In this document: positions 11,706 through 25,699 of the stretch, in pieces
Layout of the letters: every line of letters starts with the position of its first letter
How positions within the stretch are numbered: position 1 is the first letter of the stretch
Origin: Carcharhinus longimanus
Taxonomy: Eukaryota
NCBI GenBank assembly: GCA_030264375.1
Contig: JASCQW010000098.1
Location: 78,917,065 to 78,981,064 of the forward strand
Length of the DNA: 64,000 nt
Direction: 5' to 3'
Notes under the pieces: model-generated
Told to the model about the DNA's origin: nothing
The model's database searches: none
Seen by the model: only the letters and a program-made list of their open reading frames with translations
Position numbers and translations under genes: made by a program

Positions 11706-14534
11706 AAAAGTTTTTGTGACACCTTATTATTCACGTCATTAAAAATCACGTTGCCTTTTAAGCTACAAATGCCCAGAACAGGCAATGTTTTCTTTAAAAA
11801 CAGATCTCATAACAGGAAACAGTAAAAAGATTGTATCGTAACCCTTTAAGCAACACCATCTTTTCCGTTTGTTTGTAATCTGGTGGTCAGGTCAAGCTGC
11901 AAATTTTTTTTTTTACACACTAAATAAAAAAGCAATTTGCCAAAGTGAAGGACTTTGGCAAGTTGGTAGTTGTGCAGGTATTTCACTATTAAAAACTTTG
12001 AGAATCAACAATCACTACAGTTGGGAATGCTTCACAGATTTATTGGGAAACTGATTTTAATCTATTGGTCAAATATTTGATCAAATTTGTTTAAAACAGA
12101 CTCTTCAGTTTTATTTTTTCTCTTGATAATTCATTTCTTTGCCAGTTAATAGACCATCGATCCTTAAATATTTCTCTTGAAATTATGGCCAGGATTTGCA
12201 CCAGGTAGGACGAGTCAGAGCTATTTCAAAATGCTGGGAGGGACCAGATTCTGGCATTCCTGCACCCCTTACCTTTCACTGGCTTGGGCCAAAGGTGCGT
12301 TTAGTGAGCCCACACCCTGCACTGCTGACCTGGTCAGCTAAATTGCCAGGATAGGCAGTTGGACCAACTTCTCTGATTCAGACTTTAGCATCCTTAAGAA
12401 AAGCCCTGAATCATTGAAAAGATCCCTGAATCCGGGCAAAGGCACATTCAAAAAGTCTTTCCCATGACTCCCATACCTCCTTGATGCCCAATCATTCCCC
12501 CAGTCCCTCATTGTTCATACCAAAGCAATGCCAACTCATTTCCCTTCTATACCTATTCACTCCATATCACCAGTGAGCCATACATTAACAAGGGAAAGTA
12601 CAGAACTGCAGAGGGGCTAAGCAAAAAACACCCGTTCAAAAATCATTTGGAAAGAATTCTGTTCCTAGAAATCTAAAAAAAGAGCCGCGAAACTCAATAA
12701 CAGAGGCTCCAAACACTTCACACATTAACACCAATGGGAGATCACAAAGAATTTGTAACCAGTTAAAAGTATCAAAGTGAACAAAACACTAATTTTCAAA
12801 ACAGAACTATATTTACCTCAATCCACTTCAGCCATTGCCCACCCACGTCTGCTGACTTCCTACTCCCAGGATTGGCCGGCCCTACTCTATCTTGCACCCT
12901 TCCCGCAGCAATAAAAGTGTGTCAGTACACTTTTACTCAGGCAGGTCCAGCAAGCTGTCAAAATTCCTGACTTGCACCACACACCTCAATACTGAGTTCA
13001 AACACCCATTTTTACAATAGTAAGAGGCCTTAACCCACTGTGTGAGACTTACACATTTTTAGAGTAGATCTAAACACGGAGTGGAAAAGGTCTGTACAAT
13101 TGCTATGTCATAAAGTTATTTAAATCCCAGCAATTTTAAAAAAAAACCAGACTGCTTATGCCAGAGTTAAAAATTCTGTTCCAACAGTTACAATAGAAGA
13201 TTGTTGAAATTTGCCCAAGGGTCATCATTATGACTGCTTTCTACATAATTTGTACGTTCATCTGCCCATGGTGGATACAGATTGAGGTGACATCAAGGGT
13301 GTAATGGCCAAAGTGGTGGGAGGGTTGGCATGACTTGGCATTGGAGTAGATAGGCAGCATGGCATTAATTTGGCAGGGGACATGAAGAATGGGTAAGGTG
13401 ATTATGGGGCGAGGGACAGAAGGTGAAACAATTGGGTGACCAGCTCTGCAGTCAGGGATGTTGTGCCCAACTCTATGCTGCACCCCTCCAGCAAACATTG
13501 AGTCAGACGGTCAATTTCTAATAGGTCAAGAAATTTCTTGACTTGAACTACTCACCAAGGTAACAGGAAGACAGCCCTGTACAGTGTTACCCAGTATTTG
13601 CTTTCACTTGAATCATAGTATAAACACAATCAGCCTGGAATGATTGCCACAAATAACACTTCCTCTGGACCTTCCTGTCAAACCCCATTCCATTCCATTA
13701 ACTGTTTCCCATTTCTAAATATGTACCGATCTCTGTAATTACATAACGTGACATTGCCTATAGCCATATAAAAACAAAAGTGCAGATATGGGTCATTCAA
13801 ATCAACCGTGTTCCCCTGCAGATCTCAAAACTGTCATCCCAGTCAATTTTATAAATTCAAGTCAAAAGCCAATGCGCCTAGAAGAGCTCCATGCAATCTC
13901 CATCTCGCAGCTTATTTGCACAGCAATTACAGAAGCACCATAAATGCAATGTACAATTTCAATCAAATTCCTGCATCAAAATGAGTCAACCAAGCCCCTC
14001 CCTCACTGCAGTCAGAGAGATTTATATAAAACATTCAAAGCTGAAAAACATGGGTGCTGAAGATCTGCAGGGACCTTACAAACCCTGGATTCCCAGGAGA
14101 GATTGCAGGATGGCAATGGGGAGTGGGCATAATTCAGGTGCGTGCCTTAGAGGGAACAAATAACAAAACAGACTTTTCCTAAGATTAGCTAATGGAAATG
14201 CTCAGCTGAACCTGGGGGGGGAAATCAGGATTCAGCTACTCATTAAATAAATTTGCTGAGCCCATCTGCAAGTAGAGGAAGACAGCCAAACAGTTCCAAG
14301 AGAGAGTGGGCAAATGGGAAAAAGCAATTTTCTTTCTGCTGTACATTACTCTTTCCCTTCACCTTGCTCCTTCTCCAGTTGCCTCTCTCTCCTGACCCTC
14401 TCACCTGTCAGCAGCAACCATTAAAGTACTGATGTTGGAAAGAAGTGATGAAAATGCTCACCACATCTGACAGCATCTGTGGAGAGAAAGTGTTAATGAC
14501 TCAAGTGCAATATGGCTCTTCACAGAATCTGTTG

Positions 14535-15030
14535 TTACAGCACAGAAGGCAGCCATTTGCCCTAGCGTGTCTACACCAGCTCTCCAAATGAGCAACATGA
14601 TTTATTGCCATTCTCCCACCTTTTTCCCCATTCCCCTGCACATTGTTTGAATAGAAATAATGCCCTCTTGAATGCCTCAATTGAAGCGGCCTCCCCCACA
14701 CTTCCAGGCAGAGCATTCCAGACCCAAAGAACTCATTGCAAAAGAAGAAAACAACTTTTTCACAAAGTTTAAAACCATGCCTTCTTGTTCTTGATATCAG
14801 CAGGATCAGTTTCTTCCCAACTACTGTCCTGCCCCTGCATGATTTTGAACATTTCTATCAGCACTTCTCTCCATGGAGAACAGTCACAACCTCTCCAATC
14901 TATCAGAACTGGAAGTTTCTCATCCCTGGAACCATTCTTATAAACATCTTCAGCACTCCCTCCAATGTGTTCACATTCTTCCCATAGTGTGGCACCAGAA
15001 CTACAAATGATATTCCAGCTGAGGCTTGAA
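14535..15030 (-). mobile_element. CR1 3' fragment
   Basis: acagcacagaaggcagccatttgccc...ggcagagcattccaga...ccctggaaccattct. Confidence 0.7.
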
Positions 15031-15229
15031 TAGTGCTTGCATCTGGTCTCTTGCCCAGATTTAATTAAAAGGTGGGAATGTGATGGGTTTTATGCCATTG
15101 AAATGAGGGGGAGGAAGAACAAAAGACAAGGTCCAAGAGGGAGAGAGAGATTAAATAACAAAAGATATTTTGGATCAAAATGTGTGACAATGGTTTCAGT
15201 AAAGAGAAAAGGCGTCTGGCCAAAGTGAG

Positions 15230-15800
15230 TGAAAATAAACTCTGTCCAACCACAAAACATGAAAAACCAGATTCAAACCTGTACATAGAGAAAAAATAGA
15301 ATCAAGATGCAGTCAGAGTTCATGGTCTGAACATGTTAAACTCTAATGTGGTGTCCAGGAAGCTATAAAGTGCCTAATGGGAAAATGATGTGCTGGTATT
15401 GTGTTTCAAAAAGAACCTAGCAGGCCAAGAACAGAAATGAGTGTGACCAATCAAGATGGTGAACTAAAATGGCAAGAAAACAGAAGCCTGGGGTTATGCT
15501 TACAGATTGGGTGGAGGTGTTCTGCACTGGTCACCCCACTGTGGAGCAGACCACACTGAGCAGCAAATGCTGTATTCTAAATTATAAGTAGTACAAACAA
15601 ATCATTGCTTTAGCTGAAAGTCTTGGATGGTGAAGAGAGAGGTGGTAAAGTGGCAGTTGTTATATCTTCTGCAATTAAATGGGGAGCTGCTATGGGAGGG
15701 GGATGATTGAAGAGTAGACCAGGGTCTCAGTGAGCAAATCTTTAGAATACTGACAGGGAAAGAGATGGCATCAAGCTGGAGGTGGGGGAAGTGGCATAGG
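15230..15800 (-). mobile_element. Penelope-like retroelement, GIY-YIG endonuclease remnant
   Basis: Minus strand PFNCRRYNNCHFTTSLFTIQDFQLKQ*FVCTTYNLEYSICCS../CGLL..G...AEHL, matching the PLE CxxC linker plus the GIY-YIG pattern (FTCTSxNxVYCIxCxxCGLxYIGET). Confidence 0.75.
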
Positions 15801-17334
15801 CTCCTCCTTTGAATGTGGAGGTTGGAGGTAGAACCAATCATCCTTTTTGCTCCACAAATTGAATTCAGTTCTCAAGACTACTTGATATTCAAGCCCTAAT
15901 CCTGCAAGGTAAAATGTATTAAAGGAATACAACTATCTAGTTTTTCCGTTACATTAGTCAACGTAGTACAATCTTCCTCAATGCCCATTTATTGCAAAAA
16001 CACATTAGCCATTTTGATAAATCTACAGATGAAAAACAAGTTAGAAAGGCTGGATCGAGCAGTGTTTACACATCAGCGTTGGATGACATCAGTCCAGATG
16101 AATGAATCTTCTAATCCAATCAGCAAGCTACGTAAATGAGTTTGAATAATCTAAAAAGTCGTCTTAGCTCACAGCATGGGCCTGCGGTTAAGTAGCATTC
16201 CGGAGAAGACCTGCAACATCTGTGATCCGCTCTTCTGGGTTTATACTAAAGTTTTCTCCTGTTGCTTTAGTGAGTTGAATTCAGGTTTACAGAATTAAAT
16301 TCTATTGATCTTGATGCCTCAGTATGCATAAAGAGTCATATCATACGCCCTTCAATTATTCTGTGTAATGGCCAAGATGAGAAATGGAAACTAATGGTGT
16401 GTATTCCATGTATTTGTATATTTTGAGCATATAGATGCAGTATATGGTGGTTCAAGAGTACAGGTGCACAGAAATGGATTTGTGATTAGCAAGCAAACTC
16501 CAGTTTGAACGATTTAAGTGGCTCAGGGAAGAATGACAACACTGAAAGCTGTGGCCTAAAAACTGTATTGTGCTGAAATACAGACAAGATGTCAGTGTAG
16601 CTACACTATAAACATGCACACTACAAACATGCAATGCTGCTGGTGACAACTGTGGTGCGTAGGCCTAGTTTATTTACTATCAAGTTGTGAGCGCCAGTCA
16701 TCGACCCAAAGGCAGCTTGCTAACCTGGAAAGAGACCAGGTGCTGGCCAAGGCTGCAAGCAAACCGAGCAGAAGGAGTGGGGCTGCGGCGTGAACTGGGA
16801 TCTGCAGTGGCCGGAGAAATTAACATGGAGCCAACAGGGGCATTTTTGCTCTTTCTACCTCCATAATAAGACAAGTGCCAAAAATAAAACCTTCCTGAAG
16901 CTCTTGAGGAGCTGGTGATTGTGCACACTAATTTTTCTATATAAATCATATCACAATAGGGGAGACAAGGGCATGGTATTAAATGAATCTCCATTGTTAA
17001 GTGGAAAGAGGTAAAATAAGTTCTCTTTTAAAACTTATTGAATTAAAAATTCCATTCTTGCCGGTTCCTCAAGTCAGATCAATTGCAATCTTCATCCATC
17101 CTGCCTAACATGAATAATGCAAGTATGGGTTTGACTCCAATTTTACACTGCAATAAAAGTCAGGCAGGGTGCCTGACCAGTGTCAGGCTGATTGTGCCAG
17201 ACAAATGAGGTTAACATAGGTCTATATGGCTGAACAGCTACACTGAAAACTGTAGGAATAATATGTGAACCTGTGAGAAAGAAGCGTGCTGTTTTAAGTA
17301 ATAATTGTAAATGCAGCTGCTGACATCACCACTT

Positions 17335-17612
17335 CATAGAATTCCCACAGTGAAGGAGGTGGCCATTCAGCCCAGAGTCTTCACCAATCACAATCCCACC
17401 ACCCCTCATTTATGCTGCTAATCCCCTTGACACTAGGGTTAATTTAGCATGGCCAAACAACCTAACTGACACAGCTCTGGACTGTGGGAGCACCCAGAGG
17501 GAACTCACGCGGACACAGAATGTGTAGACTCCACACAGTGACCAGAGGTTTGAATTGAACCCAGGTCTCTGGTGCTGTGAGGCAGCAGTGCTAACCACTG
17601 TGCCCGGCACCA
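17335..17612 (-). mobile_element. HE1-type V-SINE
   Basis: catagaattcccacagtg...gaacccaggtctctggtgctgtgaggcagcagtgctaaccactgtgcc. Confidence 0.88.
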
Positions 17613-17727
17613 ACAGTCTGGTACACAGATTGTATTATTGCAAAATGAAAGATTGATTTGAGAGGCACCAGACATTACCAGAAGCTACGCAAGCAAGTCA
17701 AAAATTAAACAAGAGACATGGCCTTAC

Positions 17728-17791
17728 TTTTTTCCTGGGGAGGTTGATGTCGATTTTCATAGAGGTGCACTTATTCAGAGTATTCAATCGC
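17728..17791 (-). CDS. STARD13: STARD13 exon, end of SAM domain
   Basis: Acceptor tctttccag|G, 64 nt, donor AAA|gtaagg; encodes (R)RLNTLNKCTSMKIDINLPRKK; too short for the ORF track; phase 2 to 0. Confidence 0.94.
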
Positions 17792-19149
17792 CTGGAAAGA
17801 AATCAAAATACAACACAACTTACATTTATCCTCAGCTAATGGCAATCTAGAAATAAGACTTAAAACATTTCTAGGCAATTAATTGCTTTCTTTAAATTGA
17901 AAGAAATATGTTTAAGATTCTAAAGGAGAATTCATCTGGACAGTAATATTTTAAGCTACTGGCTGCTGGAGCCACAGGTCTGCATTATAATCCTGTCAGT
18001 GTAAATCGTGACAATACATCCCATTTGACATTCTGTTCAGGTTCATTCGTTTAAACAGCAGGACCATGTACACCTGTCTGGTTTCTCTAGCCTATCCCTT
18101 CAGCAAACAGTCAGCTGGTCCCTTTGTTGCAAGTGGAACTGCCAAATGCCGTTTACCTACCTAGGTCAGCATAGTAAATTTACTGGATGTTTGCAGAGCA
18201 ATGGTGTTTTATACTGTCTGATAAACATAAGTGATGAATATCTTTCTCACACATACTGGTGTCTTCCTAGGATTCTTAGCACCCAATACAATTTGAATCT
18301 TCTGCCCATTAAAAGCTAGTTAGAGTTTAAATAAACATTGCAGTTCCACAGAACCATACCCCAAGAAAAGGACTTTCATAATTTGCATTTGAAATGTGTG
18401 TAATAAAATTAATTTGAATTCAGGCACTTCAGCTTAATTTGGCACCTATCAGAAGTTTTGGGTTTATTGGTACAAAAAAGGTAAAATGGACAAGATGTTT
18501 AATCCCATTGCAGAACCCACTGTATCAATGATTGATAAAATACAACTAATATACACATCAATAAATCCTGCTGCTACTATAAACCTCACCTTGATTGCCA
18601 TAGGGTTCCACATTGGTGTCTAAATTTATGCTATATGATATGACAGATGAGGGCAAGTAGTTGTGATGGGGAGCTGACTTTTTCCACTGACATCTTGAAT
18701 TTGATTTGTCAGATGTATTAGTTTACAATGAAAAGTATTGTTTCTTCACTCAGTCAGAACCTTTGCTGCTCTATGGCTCTGATTATATTGGCAGGAACCA
18801 TGAACCAGTTGGAGAGAGAATGCCCCTTTCTCCCCAGCAACCTTCCAAAGCATTAATAGTGTAGGTGGAACAGAGGATATTGAGGATTGGTGGAGTATTG
18901 AATGCATCCTGACCATGGCCAGAACACTGGCACAGACATATATCACTTGCTGTTAATGATTAGAAGCCCATTTCAAATCAAAAGCAGCCCTGGGTCCAAT
19001 TGGGGGAATGCAAAGTTACATGATACCCAATATGTTCAGGGATCCAGCAATGTGGACAAAACTGTTTCTTTCTGGTTGCCAGCTTCTGTGAAGAGTGACA
19101 TTCAGACCACTGAGTCAGAAGGTTTTTAATTAAAGTGCCACTTCAAGAG

Positions 19150-19500
19150 GTTTCGGGCTGCCACTCCATGTATTGTTGAGGGATTGCTACACTATTGGAG
19201 GAGCTGCCTTTTGCGTCAGATGTAAACTAAGATCCCATCTACTCTTTCTGGATGACTTAAAAATCTCACGACGCTACTAAAAATGGGAGATGTTCGATTC
19301 TGGCCAACATTCATCCCTCAACCAACACCACTTAAAAACAGGTGATCAGGTTGTATATCGTGTTGCTGTCTGTGCGATCAATCTGTGAACTAATTAGCTG
19401 CCGCACTTATCAACATTACAATAGTGATTACACTTCAAAAAGTAATTGCTTATTCAAAATTGCCTGATGTTGTGAAAGGTAATATATAATACAAGGCTCT
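19150..19500 (+). mobile_element. Deu-domain SINE (SacSINE1/AmnSINE1-like)
   Basis: gagggattgctacact..ggaggagctgccttt..tggccaacattcatccctcaaccaacacca..gctgccgc..acattacaatagtgattacacttcaaaa..gtgaaagg matches the recalled DeuSINE consensus. Confidence 0.7.
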
Positions 19501-20777
19501 CTTTTCAACAATAAGTTGTTACCTCAGAACGAGCACATCAAGACCTGCCTGGTTGCAAATGGAGTAACAATGTTAATATTAACAAGTTTGGAAGGTATAG
19601 AAGTTTCCAGCTGTGGTGAACATTCCTGCATCGGTGTTGGGCTTCAATTGACGGCACAAATAAGAACCGGAGAAATAAGAGCAGCAGTAGGCCACAATAA
19701 CCTGTTCTGCCATTCAATGCAAATCATGGCTGAGCTTCATCTCCATTTCCTCACCTGCTCCCCATGTCCCTCAATTCCCTGAGAGACCAGTCTGCTGCAG
19801 CCTCAATGATTGTCTTTCTGTTGAGACTTCTAGAAAGTCATCCACATTCCATATGGCCTCTCATGCACCTCCTTTATTCAACTTATTCTTGCAGCCACTG
19901 CAGTGCTTTCCCCCTGATTTGGGACCCAGGGGATTAAGCCCAGCTGCTTTCCCTCATTCAGCAAACAGACAGTCAACCTTGACCATCACCAGCATTTCCT
20001 TTGAAAGCATTTTACAATGGAAGCAGTTGGCCAAAAAGAAACTTGGCTCCAAAATACCCTAAACTCTAACCACAGGCTTGCCATTGGATTTTTTTTAGTC
20101 CTTGCAAAGATTGATTCCTGATTGTTGTCACCACAATTTGCTGGGTGGTTTTAGGAAATGCCGTGCAAATTTTCTACATATTTTGCCCGAGAGCAGGGAA
20201 AACATTGAGAAAGCCCTTTAATTAAATTTAAATCCATTCAAATTTACTGAATAGACATTTCCTTATTACATCACCAGCAGAAAGCATGGAAAAATCATGA
20301 AACGATATCTCGATGGCAAGATTCTANNNNNNNNNNCTGGTTTTCTGGCTCATGATATTTGGGACCACGTCATCATTTATGCTGATGGCTAATGTAGGAT
20401 CAAAATCACCCCCATGTATAAATTTCTCAAAGGGGTCCTGATTTCGGCCCAGCAATCTATTAACATATTCTAACAACACCCTTTGTTTCAGGGGAACACC
20501 AGCGATGCTTATTAAGCATCCAAACTAACGTTCTTGCGTATGACATTGCATTACAAATGTTGACTTCACGTTGCCCACTTTGGACCTGCAGATCGGAGAA
20601 TGGGCAAGTGCATTCAAACTCTTACCATGTCTTTGTTTTTACATCACAAATTTGACGCACATCTGAGTTAACAGCTCTGGCAGCATAGCATTTTCAACAA
20701 GGAGGTCATACAATAATTCTACAGAGTGATTACACACTGAGGCCTAAAGATGAAGCCTGTAATTTCAAACTCTCTGG

Positions 20778-21000
20778 AACATGGGACTTAGGAACGCGAG
20801 TACTCCATTTGGCCCTTCAAACCTGTTCTGTTCATCATTCAGTAAAATCACAGCTGTGATCTCAATTCCACTTTCTGGTCTGCTCCCAATAATTTATGAC
20901 TCTCTTGTACATCAAAAATCTAACTCAGCCTTGAATATATTAAATGGCCCAGTCTCCACTGCTCTCTGGGGAAGAGTGCCACAGACCAATGACCCTCAGA
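20778..21000 (-). mobile_element. CR1 3' end fragment
   Basis: ccatttggcccttcaaacctgttctg...ctccactgctctctggggaagag. Confidence 0.7.
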
Positions 21001-22764
21001 GAATAAAAACAGCTTTTGTCAAACTCACAGCAGAACTTGACTCTGTCTATAATCGAAGCTCAAACCTGGGCCACACAATCATTCTTCTCTTGCTTTTTCT
21101 TATACAATTCAGTCATAGAAAGTTGGACAACACAACACAGGGGAAACTAAGTGTTACATTAATGGAAAGAAAAACATCTGATCTTCCACCATGCGAGAAA
21201 ACTGCACTTGGCACCAAATTCTTATGGGTGTTGATTAAGGAAGTGCCTGAACCATGGCCTTAACACTTCCTGGCATGCTATATCAGAGCAGTGGGCCACA
21301 CTGAAGTGATTTTGATGGTGCAACCACCACAATCTTGCAATTACTTTCTCTGGCTAAAAGAAAAAATGTAATATTGATAGCACAAAACATTCTAGTACTG
21401 AAGATTTCTCTATCGATTGCATGGCTGCACATTTCTGTGGGTTGTAAGTGCTAAGAAAAACATGCACGAAATGTGAATTGAAAAAATGCTGCTGCTGAGA
21501 ACACAACAGGTCTTCTAGTTATCACTGAAATTCTGGATTATGCTAATCAAGCTGTGTTTCAAATCTTTTGTCATTCGCCAATATCACCTTTTGCATTTGG
21601 TTTGAAGCAAAGTATAAGGTCACAGCGATATAGCAAGCCAGCTGTTGGGCAGGAGGGAAGCAGTGAGAGGAGCTCAAGAACAGTGGGCCAGTGGTAAATG
21701 AGCAGCATCAAACCAGACTGAGCAGATCAGGCTATCAAAGCTCTTCAGAACCTATAGTGAATTGCATTCCCTTTTATCTAAACCCAGGAGACCCAGTTAC
21801 TACCCACAATCTGATCATTAACTCCATCACAATTTGTGCTGGGACTGTTACCAGCCAGAAATGAATCAGGTAAATTTTAGATTATTGATGTCAATGAGGT
21901 TATACTTGCAAGAAAAGCAGCACACAGTATAGGAGGGAGATCAAAAATATCAATAAGATACTGTCACGCACTTTGCCACTTTACCAGAGTACTTAAGTGT
22001 GGGCAAGCTGCACTTTCAGCTGTCACCTTGAAGACCTTTGCAAGCATTTAAAATGGGAAAAATGTTTGGATGGATGTCAACTTTCCAAACCTCCCCATCA
22101 CTTCTACTGCTGAGAGTTATAGGGCTGGATTAGTCTGGACTGGGGCACCTTGCAGCATATGCCATTAATTAGGCTTATTCACGTACAATTAGTTTTAAAG
22201 CGTGAGTACATAACAGCACAGTGAGGGCAACTGGACATCTGAACAACACATCTTAACCAATGAGTTTGGAGGACTAAAATAAGCCAAGCAAGGAGTCGTC
22301 ATCAAATCAATGGATTCCACTATCTGCAACCCCACCCATACAAAATGTCAAGGAGGGGACTGAGAAGGCTGAGGAAAGACAAGTTGTGTCTCCAAAGCCA
22401 CCTTCTCACATCTGGTAAGATCCAGCCCAAGGATGAGAATTTTCAAATTAATGTGTTGCTGGACTAGGAGTGAATGCAGGCCAGCAAAACACAAGTGATA
22501 GGTGAGTAGGATTTAATGCGAGTTTGAATAATGGGAGAGGCATTTTGCATGTACTAAATTTAATGAAGGGCAGATGAGCAGACTGGCCAGTTCTAATAAT
22601 TGATTCTGGAGGGTACAAAATACACAGGCATAGGGGATATTGTTACTTTTGAGCATTAGAATCTGAGATCTGTTCTTTCATAGGATCCTTATAACCAACA
22701 GAAAGCAAACTTTCAGCTCATCAGTCTGGGCTGTATTTAAACCCAAGGCCAGAATTCTTTGGGA

Positions 22765-23023
22765 CTACATTAACACTGCAATGAAGTTACTGAAAATCCC
22801 CTAGTCACCACACTGCAGCATTCACTATTGTACCCGAGGAATTTAGCATGGCCAATGCACCTAACCAACACATCTTTTGGATTGTGGGAGGAAACCTGAG
22901 CAGTTGAAGGAAAAGCCCACGCAGACAATGTGCAAATTCCACAGACAGTAACCCGAGGCCAGAATTGAACCTGGGTCTCTGGTGCTGTGAAGCAGCAATG
23001 CTAACCACTGTACCATGCTGCCC
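22765..23023 (-). mobile_element. HE1-type V-SINE, alternative-tail subfamily
   Basis: HE1 head and body; tail seen on + as acattaacactgcaatgaagttactgaaaatcccctagtc. Confidence 0.85.
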
Positions 23024-24776
23024 AACTGGGTTGGATGCCCAGGCATTAAGAAATGTTTAAAAACAAAACAGATTGTTATTAGGGTATCAAGTAATCTGGA
23101 GATACAAAGATTGGATGGGAAAGTAGAATTGAGATAGAAGATCAGTCATAATCTTACTGAAAAGGGCCACCTACTCCTATTGCTTATGCAGTTACTTAGC
23201 AGGGTAAATCACACACTGGTTGCTGTACCCGCTCAAGTTCTACTGTCCACTGATTACTGCTGAAGTGATGAAGTTGAAGATGGCTTCCATTAGTCTTTGT
23301 ACATTTTTGTCTTTCCAAAAAAGACTGACTGCAAATGGAGAATGCAGCTACACTTCTGCTCTGATGCAAGGTCACAAACTGAAATCAACTCGGTTTCTCT
23401 CAGTCCAGCTGGTGCCTAGACTGCTGAGTGTTTCTGGTNNNNNNNNNNNNNNNNNNNNTTTCCATTATTCACAGTATTTTGCTTTCAAATAACTGCAAGT
23501 TGTTGCATCAACTTTACACTGTTATATTAAGTTACAGTTTTGACAGCACTAAAAATATAGTCCACTGCCAATCTGCTTGCTATAGCCCACAACTGGAAAG
23601 CTGATTTACTTCAGCTCTTTACAAGCTGGGGGGTTAGCAAAAGAACATAGGATACAGATTTATAGCCATCTCCTGCTAGGCAGACAGCTGGTCACACTCA
23701 AATGACAGGAGCCATCTGAAAAACATGAAAATTCGATTCTCGTTTATTTGCATTTCCAGGTTAATTCCTTCAAAATTACGCACCCTTTTACTCAGTAATG
23801 GGATTCTGTGATCATAGGCTCGGGGGAAGCCAGCAAATGTACAGCATCTCAGCTGTTTATAATCACCTCAACACACTTCCCATTTCTTTTATTCATAGCC
23901 TGATGCTGGGAAGGCTGTGTTTATTGCACAAGCCTAGTTGTCCTGGCAACAGCAATTACATTAGCTCTTAAGGTTTGAAATCAGATGTGGGAAGACTGAT
24001 TTCCGGTTAATTATCATCTTGTATTTCTCCAGGGTACTGGGTTCATGATCCGTAATATACAGGAGAGAAATCACAAAAACTGACACTTTCAGGAGCGTGG
24101 AAGCTAGAGTGACGTCTATAGCCGTGACAAGTAAGTCTCCAGAAGGATTCGTCTCAGTGTTCGTCAAAGCACCCTTGTCGTTTCCATGAATAATAACTGA
24201 TTTATTTTCTTCAGGTTTTTTCTTTAGTGGCAAATATTTAAGGAGCAGCTTGGTGCCTATAGCACTTTGTCTAAAAGCTTTCCCCACACAACAGCCGGAG
24301 GTTTGTTTGGCTTTTAAGATTCTCACCCCAGAAATGTTGCTGCAATTAGGATTTTCATTCACTCACAAGGCTGCACTGTTTACAACAGTGTCTCAACTAA
24401 TCACCGTGCGGTATAAGACTAATAACTCAAGATTGGACATAAATCATTGAGCGACAAAGGCATTATAATCAATTGTAGAGATTGATTATAAAAAAGCCTC
24501 TTTTTGCAATACTCTGGCCTTTAAAAACAACAAAGACAGTGTTTTCAGTCACATTAATCTCTTGAAATCCATTAACATTGCCAGAAATAGACCAAGCAAG
24601 ACATCATGATGGTTGTTATACGGACAAGCAGCAAAATGTGCATTTTATTTCATAAATATTTCAGTTGTTTCAGAATGTAAACTAGTGGTTTTTATGGAAA
24701 TATAGTCACAGAAGACATATTGGCATGAACAAAGGATATTTCTTACTTACAGGCAATATCAATCATGTCATATAAT

Positions 24777-25103
24777 GACATGGTGGCACAGCAGTTATCA
24801 CTGTTGCCTCACAGCTCCAGGGACCTGGTCTGATTCCTGGCTTGGGTCATTTTGTCTGGAGTTTGCACATTCTTTGCATGTCTGTGTGGGTTTCCTCCAG
24901 ATGCTCTGGTTTCCTCCCACAGTCCAAAAGGTGTGTGGGTTACGTTGATTGCACATACTAAATTAACTCTTAGTGTCCTGGGATGTGATAGCTTAGGAGG
25001 GATTAGCAAGGTAGCTGAGCAGGAATAGGACCTGGATGGGATTGATGTTGACATAGACTTGATGGGCCGAATGGCCTCCTCCTGCATTGTAGGGATTCTA
25101 TGA
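24777..25103 (+). mobile_element. HE1-type V-SINE
   Basis: ggtggcacagcagttatcactgttgcctcacagctccagggacc...gggccgaatggcctcctcctgcattgtagggattctatg. Confidence 0.9.
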
Positions 25104-25300
25104 TCTTCTGTCATCTATGATCATATCCATACATGGATTCATGGATAACATTTCTACATGGCTAATTCATCACAGAATGCATATGTGTGTACAACAGCAC
25201 TGCTGTATCTGAGCTGTGATAATGTCATGTGTTTTTTAACTTGAATAAAATGGCAATTCTGTTCTCCATGTCAAAGAGATTTTTGGTTTTCATTCCTTAC

Positions 25301-25382
25301 CTACAAAGTGGTTCGATGAAATCTTTGTCAAGAAAATCATGATCTTTCTTTACAGACACGATGTCAATTGGGAATTGGGAAT
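25301..25382 (-). CDS. STARD13: STARD13 exon, SAM domain
   Basis: Acceptor ctttgcag|AT, 82 nt, donor AG|gtaagg; encodes (D)SQFPIDIVSVKKDHDFLDKDFIEPLC(R); phase 1 to 2. Confidence 0.94.
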
Positions 25383-25699
25383 CTGCAAAGGATCAAAGTA
25401 GCTCAAATTATACATTGGTACAGTATTGTAATAAGTGAACAAACAACAAAAAACTTCCTTCAGGGTAATGAACAATCTGCTGTTTACAGAAAATGTCAAA
25501 ACTGTCCAGCAGGATCATGAGCACTTGACAAGAGTAAAGACATAGTTCACACCAAAACAGGAATCTGCCCTTTTTAAAAAATATTTTCCATTTTCAATAA
25601 ACTGGTTTATTTCCAATATTTTGTTTCTTTTTCAGACAATCAATTCAGCATGATCATGTATAAGGAGGCCATTTGGCCCACTGAATCTGTATTGACAAG

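Noticed and set aside
20625-20700. ATG|gtaaga donor-like site on the minus strand
   Set aside because: Phase 0 does not fit the next exon (phase 2), and there is no peptide similarity; plausibly chance.
20781-21263. 160-aa plus-strand ORF
   Set aside because: The first half is an antisense CR1 tail; no coding signature.
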